Below are positions 9,576 through 21,668 of a DNA stretch of 64,000 bases, one piece after another. How positions within the stretch are numbered: the stretch's first letter is position 1; each line of letters starts with the position of its first letter. The translations under genes were made by a program, and so were the position numbers. The stretch comes from Candidatus Peregrinibacteria bacterium. Its GTDB lineage: Bacteria; Patescibacteriota; Gracilibacteria; UBA1369. Location: assembly GCA_963708185.1 (NCBI GenBank), contig OY970195.1, positions 928,001-992,000 on the forward strand. The letters run 5' to 3'. The notes below the pieces were generated by a model. That model did not search any database and had not been told where the DNA came from. It saw only the letters and a list, made by a program, of their open reading frames with translations.

Positions 9576-10549
9576 GATTTCTTTCCAGAATTACTCATTT
9601 TTTTGACATCGTCGAGTTGAGCGAGGTCGAGGGTATTTTCATTGAGGCTGATCTTCTTTTTCTGCAGCCAGTGGAATCCCTTTTCAGGGCTTACCACCGC
9701 CACATCAATAGCCCCGCCCACACCGGGTGAAGATCCGGGAATGCTCCAGGTCCCGTCGGTAATTTTCTGGATATATTCTGTAATTTTGATGGCGAGCTCG
9801 GAGAATTCAACGGCATCCTGGAGGGTCATGGTTCCCCAGTTCACCACATACTCCTGGTCGTCGATCTGGCGCAACAGTTCATCTTTTTTCGGGTTGGGCA
9901 TCTCCACGATGATGGGAAGCCGTTTTATTTCGGGACTCCACCCTCGGATAATGCGGATGAGTACGTCGGTCTGGCCGATCCAGGTGGCCCCGGACTGCTC
10001 TTTACTCAGCTTGAGGACCATGCCGTTTTTGTCTTTGGGATCGGGCAGGGTGATCTTGTAGACCATATTGTTTTTATTGGCGTCGTGCCCGGTGACCAAA
10101 AATTCCAGAATGGACTGATAGTACTTTTGCTCCTGCTTCTGTCCCTTTTCGTCTTTGTAATTAAAGATGGCGCATTCGAGTTCGAAACGATATTCAATGT
10201 CCTTGCATCCTTTATCGGCGAGACGTTTTTTCTGTCCTTCGGCGTAGTTGGTCAAAAACCTGCTGTAGATGTCGGCGAAGTAATCGTACAGTTTGTCGAC
10301 GATTTCCGGGACATCCATGGATTCGAGATCGTATTCGTTCTTGAAACGGTGGATGTGCTGCTGGATGTTTTTGTTTTCCAGAAAAGATATGCCGCAGGCA
10401 ACGGCGCCGACTCTTTTGTTGAGCTGAAAAATTTTCATTCGGGTGTCCGACCCCATGCGCACGTCACCGATGGCGTTGCGATAGGTTTCCATGCTGTCGG
10501 CGGCGAGGACGTTCCCCTCATTGGTGGTGACGATGATGGCTAAACTCAT
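9572..10549 (-). CDS. Proteasome-beta/Ntn-hydrolase-like protein with N-terminal Ser
   Basis: Starts (M)SLAIIV..EGNVLAADS, then KIFQL...VACG and GVGGAIDVAVV, matching the proteasome beta-subunit pattern; 4-bp overlap with miaB. Confidence 0.7.
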   Translation of the reverse strand: MSLAIIVTTNEGNVLAADSMETYRNAIGDVRMGSDTRMKIFQLNKRVGAVACGISFLENKNIQQHIHRFKNEYDLESMDVPEIVDKLYDYFADIYSRFLTNYAEGQKKRLADKGCKDIEYRFELECAIFNYKDEKGQKQEQKYYQSILEFLVTGHDANKNNMVYKITLPDPKDKNGMVLKLSKEQSGATWIGQTDVLIRIIRGWSPEIKRLPIIVEMPNPKKDELLRQIDDQEYVVNWGTMTLQDAVEFSELAIKITEYIQKITDGTWSIPGSSPGVGGAIDVAVVSPEKGFHWLQKKKISLNENTLDLAQLDDVKKMSNSGKKS

Positions 10550-10630
10550 AAAAGTTTTCTAAAGGCTACGGGTACAGCAAAATTAGCTGATTTTCTGGGT
10601 AAAATCAATGGCGCACCAGGCATTTTTCAA

Positions 10631-10706
10631 TGGTGACCCCGGCGGGAATTGAACCTGCATCTAAGCCTTAGGAGTGCCTTGTTCTATCCAATTGAACTAC
10701 GGGGTC
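10631..10706 (-). tRNA. tRNA-Arg(CCT)
   Basis: Acceptor stem GACCCCG/CGGGGTC + ACCA, D arm GTTC/GAAC, anticodon loop CT-CCT-AA, T loop TTCAATT. Confidence 0.9.
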
Positions 10707-10729
10707 ACAGCGCAGGTTTTCTCTCGCGG

Positions 10730-11365
10730 TTACGCGTTCTGGGGAGCCAGGATAATGAATTCCGTTTTTTCCTGAGGCAAATCGTTGCGGGTGTTCACCG
10801 AAAATTTCGGTTCGGGATTACCGGCTTTGGTTCCGGATTTCTTCAGGAAAGCTTCCAAGTCTCCCGCTTCGACTTTAAGTCCCGTGGTTTTGCATCCGAT
10901 TGGAATAACCACGCGGGGTTCGATTTCTTCGATGGTTTTGTGGATCTCTTCAAGGTTTCCTTTGACCGGCACGAGGAGGATATCCACGTCGCCGATGTTG
11001 TCCATGAGGTCGTCTCCAATGGGCACGGAAAAGTCATCAATATAGCAGACCTTGAGCCCGTCGGCGTCAAAGGTATAAATCATGGCTTTATTGGCAGGCT
11101 TCTTTCCTTCCGCCGGAGTAGAAATTTCCATGGCGGTGATGGCGATCCCCGCGACTTCGTATTCACCCGGCCAGGTGAGGATCTTTGGATTCCCTTCAAC
11201 CGCTTCGGGGTTGTTTGATTTGTTCTCTTCATCGCTGAGAATGACGACGTCCGCTTTCAACGAAGGAAGCTTGAGTCCGATATCGTTTTTGTAAGGGTCC
11301 ATGACGAGCGTTCCCGTCTTGGTTTTGACGCCGTAACAGTTGTATCCGTACCAAGTGATTTCCAT
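10730..11365 (-). CDS. MBL-fold (Lactamase_B_3-like) protein, metal ligands degenerate
   Basis: MEITWYG..C, DPY, ADVV, PGEYEVAGI, DVDILLVPV, EPRVVIP scaffold, but no HxHxDH motif. Confidence 0.8.
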   Translation of the reverse strand: MEITWYGYNCYGVKTKTGTLVMDPYKNDIGLKLPSLKADVVILSDEENKSNNPEAVEGNPKILTWPGEYEVAGIAITAMEISTPAEGKKPANKAMIYTFDADGLKVCYIDDFSVPIGDDLMDNIGDVDILLVPVKGNLEEIHKTIEEIEPRVVIPIGCKTTGLKVEAGDLEAFLKKSGTKAGNPEPKFSVNTRNDLPQEKTEFIILAPQNA

Positions 11366-11473
11366 AGGTGGGGAATAATAGAATGTAGATTTGGAAATGC
11401 GGGTTTTCCTGCCGCGTGAGAGCGGCTGACCCGGTTCGCCAACGAACTATAAAGCATTTTTTTGGGATTGTAA

Positions 11474-13673
<2,200 letters not shown>

Positions 13674-13674
<1 letters not shown>

Positions 13675-14459
13675 TGATCAAAAACTACCGCAAGGATCTT
13701 CCGATCTTTCAGTTTCACAATCTTCAGAAATTTTCTGACGAGTTTGAACATGCGGTACTTTCACGTCTCGGCGGCGTCAGTAAAAAACCTTTCGACACTC
13801 TCAACGTGAGCCTGACCGTGGACGACAGCGCCGAGGACGTGCTCCGCAACCGTTCGACCATCTGCAAATCTTTCGGGCTTGCGCCGAAAGACCTTGTTTC
13901 CGCCAACCAGATCCACAGCAAAAATGTGATGGTTGTTGATGAAAAAGTTCTTTCGTCACACAAAGCCCATGAAGACTTTGAAGACGTCGACGCGTTCGTA
14001 ACCGACCTTCCCGGTGTCGCCTTGATGATGAAGGTGGCCGATTGCCAGGCCGTGCTGATGTTCGATCCGGTCAAGAAAGTCATCGGCGCGGTGCATGCCG
14101 GATGGCGCGGGCTGGTCCTGGATATCAGCGGCGCGACTATCGCCGTGATGAAGAAAAAATTCGGCGTGAAACCTGAAAACCTTATTGTGGGCATCAGTCC
14201 TTCACTCGGACCCTGCTGCTGTTTTTTCAGTGATCCGCACAAAGAACTCCCTCCGGGTTTCAAGCCCTACATCAAGCAGAACAATACTGTGGACCTGTGG
14301 AAATTCAGTGCCGACCAGCTGGCGCGGCACGGCGTAAAACCCGATCACATCGAACATGCCCGGGTCTGCACCATGTGCGGAGGCGGTGAAAAATTTTATT
14401 CCTTCCGGAGGGACCGAGGAGTGACCGGCAGGTTCGGGGCTTTAATTTTTCTTCTGTAA
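13674..14459 (+). CDS. pgeF: YfiH/PgeF family peptidoglycan editing factor / purine nucleoside phosphorylase
   Basis: Q.HS, ADC, HAGWRG triad, CT.C and FYSFRR. Confidence 0.92.
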
Positions 14460-16391
14460 TTGATCGAGAATTTTCTGCGCGTCCATAAAGGCGGGATCAA
14501 CTCTTACCGCGTCGCTCAATGCCTGGACGGCGAGATTCGTCTGTCCGATCTGGCTGAAAATTTTTGAGGCCTGGTACGCATAGAGCGGGTTCTTTGGGCT
14601 GAGCGTGATCGCCTGCTGGAGGTCGTTGATGCCCTGCTGCATGTAGGCGTCGCTCTGTTCGAGTCCGGCAAGCTGGATCGACGTCACTCCCATGTTGTAG
14701 TAGGTGCTGGGATGAAAATTGTTGATGATGGTGGCCTTCTGGTAGTTTTGCAGGGCGAGCTGGTAATACTGTTCCGAGTAGCTCGGATCGATGTCCGAAG
14801 CGGTGGCCGCCTTGAAGGCGAAGTCCGCGTAGGCCTGGTAATATTCGTAACGGTAGGGTTGTTCCGTAATCATGGCATCGTACCAGTTGCGGGCGTTTTC
14901 CGGCCTGCCGGCGCTTTCTTCCACAATGGCGTTCTTGTAATAATATTCTGCTTTGGCTTCATGGAGCGTGGAAAATCCTCCCCAGATGATGAGGATGAGC
15001 ACGAAGCACAACGCGAACTCCCTGAAGATCGGCGCAAGTTTGAGTTCGATGTTTTTTTCCTTGAACGATACTGCTCCCGTTGCCGCTCCGAGGAGGAGGA
15101 AAAATACGGTGAGCGTATCGACGACTCCGAAGTTCACGACCGCCTGGATGAGATAGACCATGATCGCTCCTTTCATCCCGAGAGTCATGAAAAAGAGTTC
15201 ATCGGGTTTCTGCTTGTTGAAAAGTTTTTTGTCGATTCCCATGAAGACGATGACGAGCAATATGGCGAAAGCCGCAAAACCTACGATGCCTTCCGTGGCG
15301 AGTATATCGACATAATCGTCGTGCGAGGATTCAGGCGTGATCTGATACTGGATATCCCCGGGTCCCGGCACGCGGTAATCGTAACGACGATACTGGTTAT
15401 AGATGTCGCGGAAGGTCGAAAGCCCGAACCCCAGGACTGGCCGGTCTTTGAGCATGGCAAAACTGCTGTACCACCAGCTGATGCGGTCGGGCGTGTACCC
15501 CTGCTGCGCCGTCACGGCACCCTGTTCGAATCTCTGGATAACCGGAACGTTGGAAAGCGGTTCTCTGAAGGCAAAAATCAGTCCTCCGATGACGGCGAGT
15601 CCCAGGACAAAAACGTACCAGAATTTTCGCAAAAAAAGTTTCAATGTTTTGGAACGAACCGCCAGAATGACAAAAACGATTACCAGGGAAAGGATCGTTG
15701 CGACGAGCGCCGCCCTGCTTCCCGTCAACAACAGGACGATGAACGCCGCGTGGGCGCACAGGACCAGAAACCTTTGCAGGATTTTGTTTTTCAAAAAAGG
15801 GATGACGCCGAAACTCAAGAGGATGCACATTCCGAGATAGGCTCCAAAATGATCACTGTGTCCCATGGTTCCAAAAACGCGTTCCTGCGGGCTCTGGCTC
15901 CAGGCGAAACTGTCGTTGAATACGCCGAAATACTGCAGAAAACCGTAGAGCGTCAGGATGACGATGCCGGTAAAGCACATGACGGTGATGAAGGTCTTGA
16001 TCTGCTGCTTGGTGGTGAAAAAATTATAGACGAGCCAGGTGACGACGAGAAAATTGAGCTGTGTAAAAAGGCCGAGAAACCTTGTTTCCGTTCCGAAAAG
16101 ACTCGAGAAAATATTTGAAGACGTCGTCGTGGCCAGGACCATGACGGCCGCGTACAGTAAAAGAGCCCAGACGAATTTCCCGCGGCGAAGCTGTATTTTT
16201 TCCTCGGTGTAGCTTTTCCACGCCCACAGCAAAAGAACCAGCAGCGTCACCACTCGGAGAAAGAGCAGCTTCGGCGCGGCGAAGTTGGAATAGAACGCGG
16301 TCGAAAAAACCAGCGGTACGCCCACGGCCAGGCTGTAGAGAAGCCAGTTTATGGTCTTGTCGTACCATTGTTGTTTTTTTGTTTGCAGCAT
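14442..16391 (-). CDS. O-antigen ligase/Wzy_C family membrane protein with C-terminal TPR repeats (candidate oligosaccharyltransferase)
   Basis: Many TM helices, GTMGH, TGSRAA, RPVLGFG..TF, SHDDY motif, followed by TPR-like helices. Confidence 0.85.
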   Translation of the reverse strand: MLQTKKQQWYDKTINWLLYSLAVGVPLVFSTAFYSNFAAPKLLFLRVVTLLVLLLWAWKSYTEEKIQLRRGKFVWALLLYAAVMVLATTTSSNIFSSLFGTETRFLGLFTQLNFLVVTWLVYNFFTTKQQIKTFITVMCFTGIVILTLYGFLQYFGVFNDSFAWSQSPQERVFGTMGHSDHFGAYLGMCILLSFGVIPFLKNKILQRFLVLCAHAAFIVLLLTGSRAALVATILSLVIVFVILAVRSKTLKLFLRKFWYVFVLGLAVIGGLIFAFREPLSNVPVIQRFEQGAVTAQQGYTPDRISWWYSSFAMLKDRPVLGFGLSTFRDIYNQYRRYDYRVPGPGDIQYQITPESSHDDYVDILATEGIVGFAAFAILLVIVFMGIDKKLFNKQKPDELFFMTLGMKGAIMVYLIQAVVNFGVVDTLTVFFLLLGAATGAVSFKEKNIELKLAPIFREFALCFVLILIIWGGFSTLHEAKAEYYYKNAIVEESAGRPENARNWYDAMITEQPYRYEYYQAYADFAFKAATASDIDPSYSEQYYQLALQNYQKATIINNFHPSTYYNMGVTSIQLAGLEQSDAYMQQGINDLQQAITLSPKNPLYAYQASKIFSQIGQTNLAVQALSDAVRVDPAFMDAQKILDQLQKKN

Positions 16392-16413
16392 TGGGGTAAT
16401 CGGTAGCCCTGAA

Positions 16414-17056
16414 TCAGTATGCGCCTTTCCCAGATATTACCACACCGACGGTTTTGACCATAATCACAAAATCCATGCGGAGGGAACGGTGCTTGATGTA
16501 ATAAAAATCGAACTCGAGGTTGTGATGGAGCGGAAGGTCTTTTCGCCCTTTGATCTGCCATATCCCGGTGAGCCCCCGGTTTGACCAGGAGCCTTTTTCT
16601 TTCCAACGGGGTGTAGTGCTCGACCATGAAAGGCATTTCAGGGCGCGGGCCCACGAGCGACATGTCTCCTTTGAGCACGTTGATAAGCTGAGGAACTTCG
16701 TCGAGGCTGGTGCGGCGCAGGAAGCGCCCGATCCTGGTGACTCTTTCGTCGCGCGGAGTCTGCGGAGCGAGCTCCTGATCTTTGACTCCCTGGAACATGG
16801 TGCGGAATTTATACAGCTTGAAATGTTTTCTGTCCTTGCCGATTCTCACATGCGAAAACAAAGCCTTTCCCGGCGAATCCAGATGAATGAGTACGACGAT
16901 CAACAACCAGAACGGTAAAAAACACACCAACCCGAGGAGCGAAAGCACAATATCCAGAAAGCGCTTTACGCTTTCGTAGAGCGGCTTTTTTGCGTCCGCC
17001 TCAAGATGGGTGAAATGCTGATGTTTGAGTTCTTCGATCGACGGGAACTTCATCAT
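16414..17056 (-). CDS. Initiating polyprenyl-phosphate sugar phosphotransferase (Bac_transf); apparent +1 frameshift at 16573-16577
   Basis: KRFLDI, YKFRTM, RRTSLDEVPQL, GDMSLVGPRPE; removing one base from the C5 run restores KPGLTGIWQI...GKGAY-stop. Confidence 0.9.
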
Positions 17057-18102
17057 TATTTCCCTGATAAAAGATATTCCGATTTTTTCCCGCTGAGCCA
17101 CGGGTGCATTTCCTTCCAGCCGAGTTTCCGATGCTTCATGATGTAACGGCGTTTTTTGAGAATACTCGGGACCTGCGTCCACATCACCAACCAGGCCTTG
17201 ATCAAAAACGGTTCGCGCAGGATGACGTAGAAAAAAATGAGAATCTCCTTCCACAGGATGGAAAAAAAGTCCTGGAGCACGTTCATCATGAGTTCGTTCT
17301 TGAGCTGCATGAGACGCTGGTTCTTGAAGGAGTAATACTTCTGGAATTTATTCAGTTTGCTGCGGTTTTTATAGACTTCCCAATGGGTGAATCTTTTGAG
17401 AACGCCCGTACCGCGTCCATGATTGGCGACGGCCGAAGGCAGGTACCAGGACTTCCAGCCGAAGAGAAGAAACCGCCAGGAAATATCGACGTCCTCCTTG
17501 TACATGAAAAAATCCTTATCCAGGTATTCACCGCCGTCCTTATCGGGTATTCTGACGTCATCAAGCGCTTTGCGACGGTAAAGCGGGCACGCCCCAGAAA
17601 TACCGAAAACCTGTTTTGCAACGTCGAACTGGCCTTCGTCTTCGAGTCCCTGTCCGTTGTCGATGACGCGGCGATTGCTGTAGCAAAAGAGGCCGGCCGT
17701 GTCGATGAAATTGGTTTTCTTATGGTTCTGGAAATCGTACTTGTAGAGTTTACCCTCAATCGCCGCGATGGTCGGGTCTTCGTGCATTTTGGCGATGCAT
17801 TTTTCGATGTAATCCGTTTCAAAAAGAATGTCCGGGTTGAGGAGCATGATGAACTCGCCCTTGGCCATTTTGATCCCCTGGTTGGCGCCCTCCGAGTAAC
17901 CAAGATTCTTGTTGTTGCAGACCGCGATCACGTTGTGATGGTGTTTGATGACGTGTTCACAGGAACCGTCAGTGGAAAGGTTGTCGATCAAAATAATCTC
18001 CAGAGGCTGGTAGGTCTGATGGTTGAGGCTGTTGATGCAGCCGTCGAGAAGATGCTTGGTGTTGTAGTTGATGATGACGATGCTGACGAGCGGGTTTTTC
18101 AT
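17056..18102 (-). CDS. GT2 family glycosyltransferase
   Basis: VSIVIINYN, DNLSTDGS, NLGYSEGANQG, LNPD, GACPLYRR, FFMYKEDVD. Confidence 0.92.
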   Translation of the reverse strand: MKNPLVSIVIINYNTKHLLDGCINSLNHQTYQPLEIILIDNLSTDGSCEHVIKHHHNVIAVCNNKNLGYSEGANQGIKMAKGEFIMLLNPDILFETDYIEKCIAKMHEDPTIAAIEGKLYKYDFQNHKKTNFIDTAGLFCYSNRRVIDNGQGLEDEGQFDVAKQVFGISGACPLYRRKALDDVRIPDKDGGEYLDKDFFMYKEDVDISWRFLLFGWKSWYLPSAVANHGRGTGVLKRFTHWEVYKNRSKLNKFQKYYSFKNQRLMQLKNELMMNVLQDFFSILWKEILIFFYVILREPFLIKAWLVMWTQVPSILKKRRYIMKHRKLGWKEMHPWLSGKKSEYLLSGK

Positions 18103-18195
18103 GAATTTTTAAAGTTTTTAAGCGCACAAACCAGAGTATATCCTACCATTTTTCAAGGATCATGCTATAGTTGTTGCGCTTTTGTGAACATGTAT

Positions 18196-19170
18196 ATGCG
18201 TATTCTGGTTACCGGCGGCGCCGGATTCATTGGCAGTCATCTTTGTGAACGTCTTCTTCAGGAAGGGCACCAGGTCATTGCCGTCGATAATTTTATTACC
18301 GGAAACCCCAGAAATCTGGCGTCTTTCAAGGATCATCCGAATTTCACGCTCGTGGAGCACGACATCACTTCGCCGCTTCCGGCCGAAGTCGTCGGAAAAA
18401 CCAATATGGCTCCGGGGTACGGCGACAGCGATACATTGAAATTCGATGAGGTGTATCACCTCGCCTGTCCCGCTTCCCCCGTTGATTACCAGGACATCCC
18501 GCTCCAGACACTTATGGTGAATTCGATCGGCACCAAAAATATTATCGAGGTTGCGGTCCGTCATTGTGCGGCGATGCTCCTCGCTTCGTCATCCGAAGTC
18601 TACGGCGATCCCGAACAGCATCCTCAAAAAGAGACATATTGGGGCCATGTGAATCCGATCGGTGACCGCAGTTGTTACAGCGAAGGCAAGCGTTTTTCCG
18701 AAGCGCTCGCCGTGAACTATTACCAGCATTTCGGTTTCCCCCTGAAGATCGTGCGTATTTTCAATACTTATGGCCCGAGAATGCGTAAACACGACGGCAG
18801 GGTCATTCCGAGCTTCATCCAGTCGGCTCTTCACGATGAACCTCTGCGCATGCACGGCGACGGTTTACAGACCCGTTCTTTCTGCTACATCGACGACATG
18901 GTGGACGGAATGCTCCTCTCCATGGGACATAAAGAGTACCTCGGCCCGGTCAACCTCGGGCGCGAGGAGGAAATTTCGATCAAAGAGCTCGCCGAAAAAA
19001 TCATTACCCTGACCGGTTCTTCGAGCATGATTTCCAGCGGCAACCCCTTGAAAGAAGATCCCAAGCGGAGAAAACCCGATCTTACGCTCGCCGAAACCAA
19101 GCTCGGTTATAAGCCAAAAATCGACCTTGAGGATGGCCTGAAAAAAACCATCGACTTCTTCAGGTCATAG
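18196..19170 (+). CDS. UDP-glucuronate decarboxylase (UDP-xylose synthase)-like SDR
   Basis: MRILVTGGAGFIGSHL, HLACPASPVDY, SSEVYGDP, VNPIG.RSCY.EGKR, RIFNTYGPRM; real start at 18190/18196 inside the 688-aa ORF. Confidence 0.9.
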   Translation: MRILVTGGAGFIGSHLCERLLQEGHQVIAVDNFITGNPRNLASFKDHPNFTLVEHDITSPLPAEVVGKTNMAPGYGDSDTLKFDEVYHLACPASPVDYQDIPLQTLMVNSIGTKNIIEVAVRHCAAMLLASSSEVYGDPEQHPQKETYWGHVNPIGDRSCYSEGKRFSEALAVNYYQHFGFPLKIVRIFNTYGPRMRKHDGRVIPSFIQSALHDEPLRMHGDGLQTRSFCYIDDMVDGMLLSMGHKEYLGPVNLGREEEISIKELAEKIITLTGSSSMISSGNPLKEDPKRRKPDLTLAETKLGYKPKIDLEDGLKKTIDFFRS

Positions 19171-19183
19171 CGCAAATTCGCTA

Positions 19184-19212
19184 TTTACAGCGGCCGTTTC
19201 ATTTTCTATCAT
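19184..19212 (+). promoter_or_regulatory. sigma70-like promoter of metK, leaderless geometry
   Basis: TTTACA-17 nt-TATCAT with only 6 nt before the ATG at 19219. Confidence 0.6.
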
Positions 19213-19218
19213 TGCGAT

Positions 19219-20358
19219 ATGAAGAACTATCTTTTCACTTCCGAATCCGTTACCGAGGGACATCCCGACAAGATCGCTGACCAGATCGCCGATTCTGTTC
19301 TGGATGCCATTCTGGCAAAGGATCCGCGGGGCCGTGTGGCCTGCGAAGCGCTGGTCACCACGGGACTTGTCCTGCTGGCCGGTGAAATTTCGACGACCTG
19401 CTACGTGGATATCCCCAAAATCGCCCGCAAGACCATCCAGGACATCGGGTACGATAACGCCACCTACGGGTTTGATTCCAAGGCCTGCGCAGTGCTGACG
19501 GCCATCGATGAACAGAGTCCGGATATTGCGATGGGTGTCGATACCGGAGGGGCCGGAGACCAGGGCATGATGTTCGGATTCGCCGTCAACGAAACGCCGG
19601 AACTGATGCCGATGCCGATCATTCTTGCCCATAGATTGTGCGAAAAACTGGCTTCCGTCCGCAAAAAAAAGATCCTCGGTTATTTGCGCCCGGACGGAAA
19701 ATCCCAGGTCACCGTGGAGTACGTGGATGGAAAACCCAAGCGCGTTCACACCGTGGTGGTTTCGACGCAGCATGACCCGGACGTGACAATGAAAACAATC
19801 CAAAAAGACATCGTCGAGCACGTCATCAAGCCTGTGTGCGGAAAACTTCTCGACAGCAAAACCATCATTCATATCAATCCGACGGGACGTTTCATTATCG
19901 GCGGTCCTCCGGGAGACTGCGGCCTGACCGGGCGCAAGATCATGGTGGATACCTACGGGGGTATGGGTCGTCACGGCGGCGGCTGTTTCTCCGGAAAAGA
20001 CCCGACGAAGGTCGACCGCAGCGCGGCTTATTTTGCGCGTTATGTGGCCAAAAATGTCGTGGCGGCGAAACTCGCCGACCGTTGTGAGATCCAGGTCTGC
20101 TACGCCATTGGTGTCGCTGAACCCGTTTCCCTCTACGTGAACACCTACGGGACCGGTAAAATCGACGAAGATAAACTCTCCAAGCTGCTCGTGAAAGAGT
20201 TCGATTTTACGCCAAAAGGCATGATCAAGGAGCTTGATCTCCGCAGACCCATTTACAAAAAAACCGCAGCATACGGGCATTTCGGACGGAACGAACCAAC
20301 CTTTTCCTGGGAAAAGACCGACCGGGCAAAAGCCCTTCGCGCAGCTGCAAACCTTTAA
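19219..20358 (+). CDS. metK: S-adenosylmethionine synthetase
   Basis: [42 protein letters not shown]. Confidence 0.98.
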   Translation: MKNYLFTSESVTEGHPDKIADQIADSVLDAILAKDPRGRVACEALVTTGLVLLAGEISTTCYVDIPKIARKTIQDIGYDNATYGFDSKACAVLTAIDEQSPDIAMGVDTGGAGDQGMMFGFAVNETPELMPMPIILAHRLCEKLASVRKKKILGYLRPDGKSQVTVEYVDGKPKRVHTVVVSTQHDPDVTMKTIQKDIVEHVIKPVCGKLLDSKTIIHINPTGRFIIGGPPGDCGLTGRKIMVDTYGGMGRHGGGCFSGKDPTKVDRSAAYFARYVAKNVVAAKLADRCEIQVCYAIGVAEPVSLYVNTYGTGKIDEDKLSKLLVKEFDFTPKGMIKELDLRRPIYKKTAAYGHFGRNEPTFSWEKTDRAKALRAAANL

Positions 20359-20372
20359 CCGACTCACCAGCC

Positions 20373-21623
20373 ATGATCGACAAAAAACTTCTTGCACAGG
20401 GCCAGAAAAACCTTGCACTTGCCGAACGAAACATGGGGGCGCTGATGAAACTGCGTGAACATTTCATGAAACAAAAACCTTTCAAGGGTATTCGCATCGC
20501 GATGGCGCTCCACGTGACGAAAGAAACGGGGATGCTCGTAAAAACCCTTCTTGGAGGAGGTGCAAAAGTTGCCATTACGTCCTGTAATCCGCTTTCGACC
20601 CAGGATGACGTGGTGGCCGCATTGAAGCATGACGGCATCGAAGTTTACGGTTACAAAGGCGAAACCAGGACAGATTATTACAAATTCTTACGGAAGGTCC
20701 TCGCCATCAAACCACAGATTACGATCGATGACGGCTGCGACCTGGTTTCGCTCGTCCATGGCACTGAAAAAAGGTATCTCAAAGACATCCTCGGAGGCTG
20801 TGAAGAGACGACCACAGGCATCATCCGCCTCCGCGCTATGCAGAGGGATGGCGTCCTGCGCTATCCGATTGTTGCCGTCAACGACAACAAAACCAAACAT
20901 CTTATGGACAATTATTACGGGACCGGCCAGTCCACGATCGACGCCATCCTCCGTGCTTCCAACACACTTTTTGCCGGAAAAACCGTCGTCGTCGCCGGCT
21001 ACGGCGACTGCGGAAAGGGTGTTTCGCTGCGGGCAAAAGGCCTGGGCGGCAACGTCATTATTACCGAAGTCGATCCTTTCAAAGCGCTTCAGGCAGCTAT
21101 GGACGGGTTCAGGGTCATGCCCATGGCCCAGGCCGCTCCAATGGGAGATATTTTCGTGACGGTGACCGGCGACTGTGATGTCATTAGGCCCGAACACGTG
21201 AAGATGATGAAAGAGGGAGCCATTATGGCGAATTCCGGACATTTTGACGTGGAGATCGACGTGGTCGGACTGGGCAAGCTGGCCTCAAAAAAACGCCGCG
21301 TCCGTCCCTATTTTGACGAATACACCATTATCAACCGCGGGAAAAAGAAGCACGTGTACCTTGTCGGTGAAGGACGCCTGGCCAATCTCGTGGCGGCGGA
21401 AGGCCACCCCAGCGAGGTCATGTCGATGTCTTTCTGCGGCCAGGCACTGGCGGTCGACTATCTTCTCAAGCACGCCAACAAGATGAAAGCCGGCGTGTAC
21501 GAACTTCCTGACTCCATCGATCAGAAAATCTCCCAGCTCCAGCTCGGGACGATGGGCGTACGCATCGATACGCTTACTCCGAAGCAGAAAAAATATCTTT
21601 CGGGATGGCAGGAAGGAACCTAG
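20373..21623 (+). CDS. ahcY: Adenosylhomocysteinase
   Basis: SCNPLSTQDD, DDGCDL, EETTTG, DNYYGTGQS, GYGDCGKG, GHPSEVMSMSF. Confidence 0.97.
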   Translation: MIDKKLLAQGQKNLALAERNMGALMKLREHFMKQKPFKGIRIAMALHVTKETGMLVKTLLGGGAKVAITSCNPLSTQDDVVAALKHDGIEVYGYKGETRTDYYKFLRKVLAIKPQITIDDGCDLVSLVHGTEKRYLKDILGGCEETTTGIIRLRAMQRDGVLRYPIVAVNDNKTKHLMDNYYGTGQSTIDAILRASNTLFAGKTVVVAGYGDCGKGVSLRAKGLGGNVIITEVDPFKALQAAMDGFRVMPMAQAAPMGDIFVTVTGDCDVIRPEHVKMMKEGAIMANSGHFDVEIDVVGLGKLASKKRRVRPYFDEYTIINRGKKKHVYLVGEGRLANLVAAEGHPSEVMSMSFCGQALAVDYLLKHANKMKAGVYELPDSIDQKISQLQLGTMGVRIDTLTPKQKKYLSGWQEGT

Positions 21624-21668
21624 CGGGTAGAATGGTGATGCCGACTCAAGGATTTTGACCATGTTCCT

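Noticed and set aside
14712-16118. Long antisense ORFs (also 19165-20418, 37648-38871, 49930-51084, 51817-52977)
   Set aside because: Shadows of well-supported opposite-strand genes, with no motifs of their own
17104-18189. 688-aa ORF suggesting a long N-terminal fusion to the UDP-glucuronate decarboxylase
   Set aside because: The upstream part is the antisense shadow of the GT2 gene; the real protein starts at MRILVTGGAG (18196)
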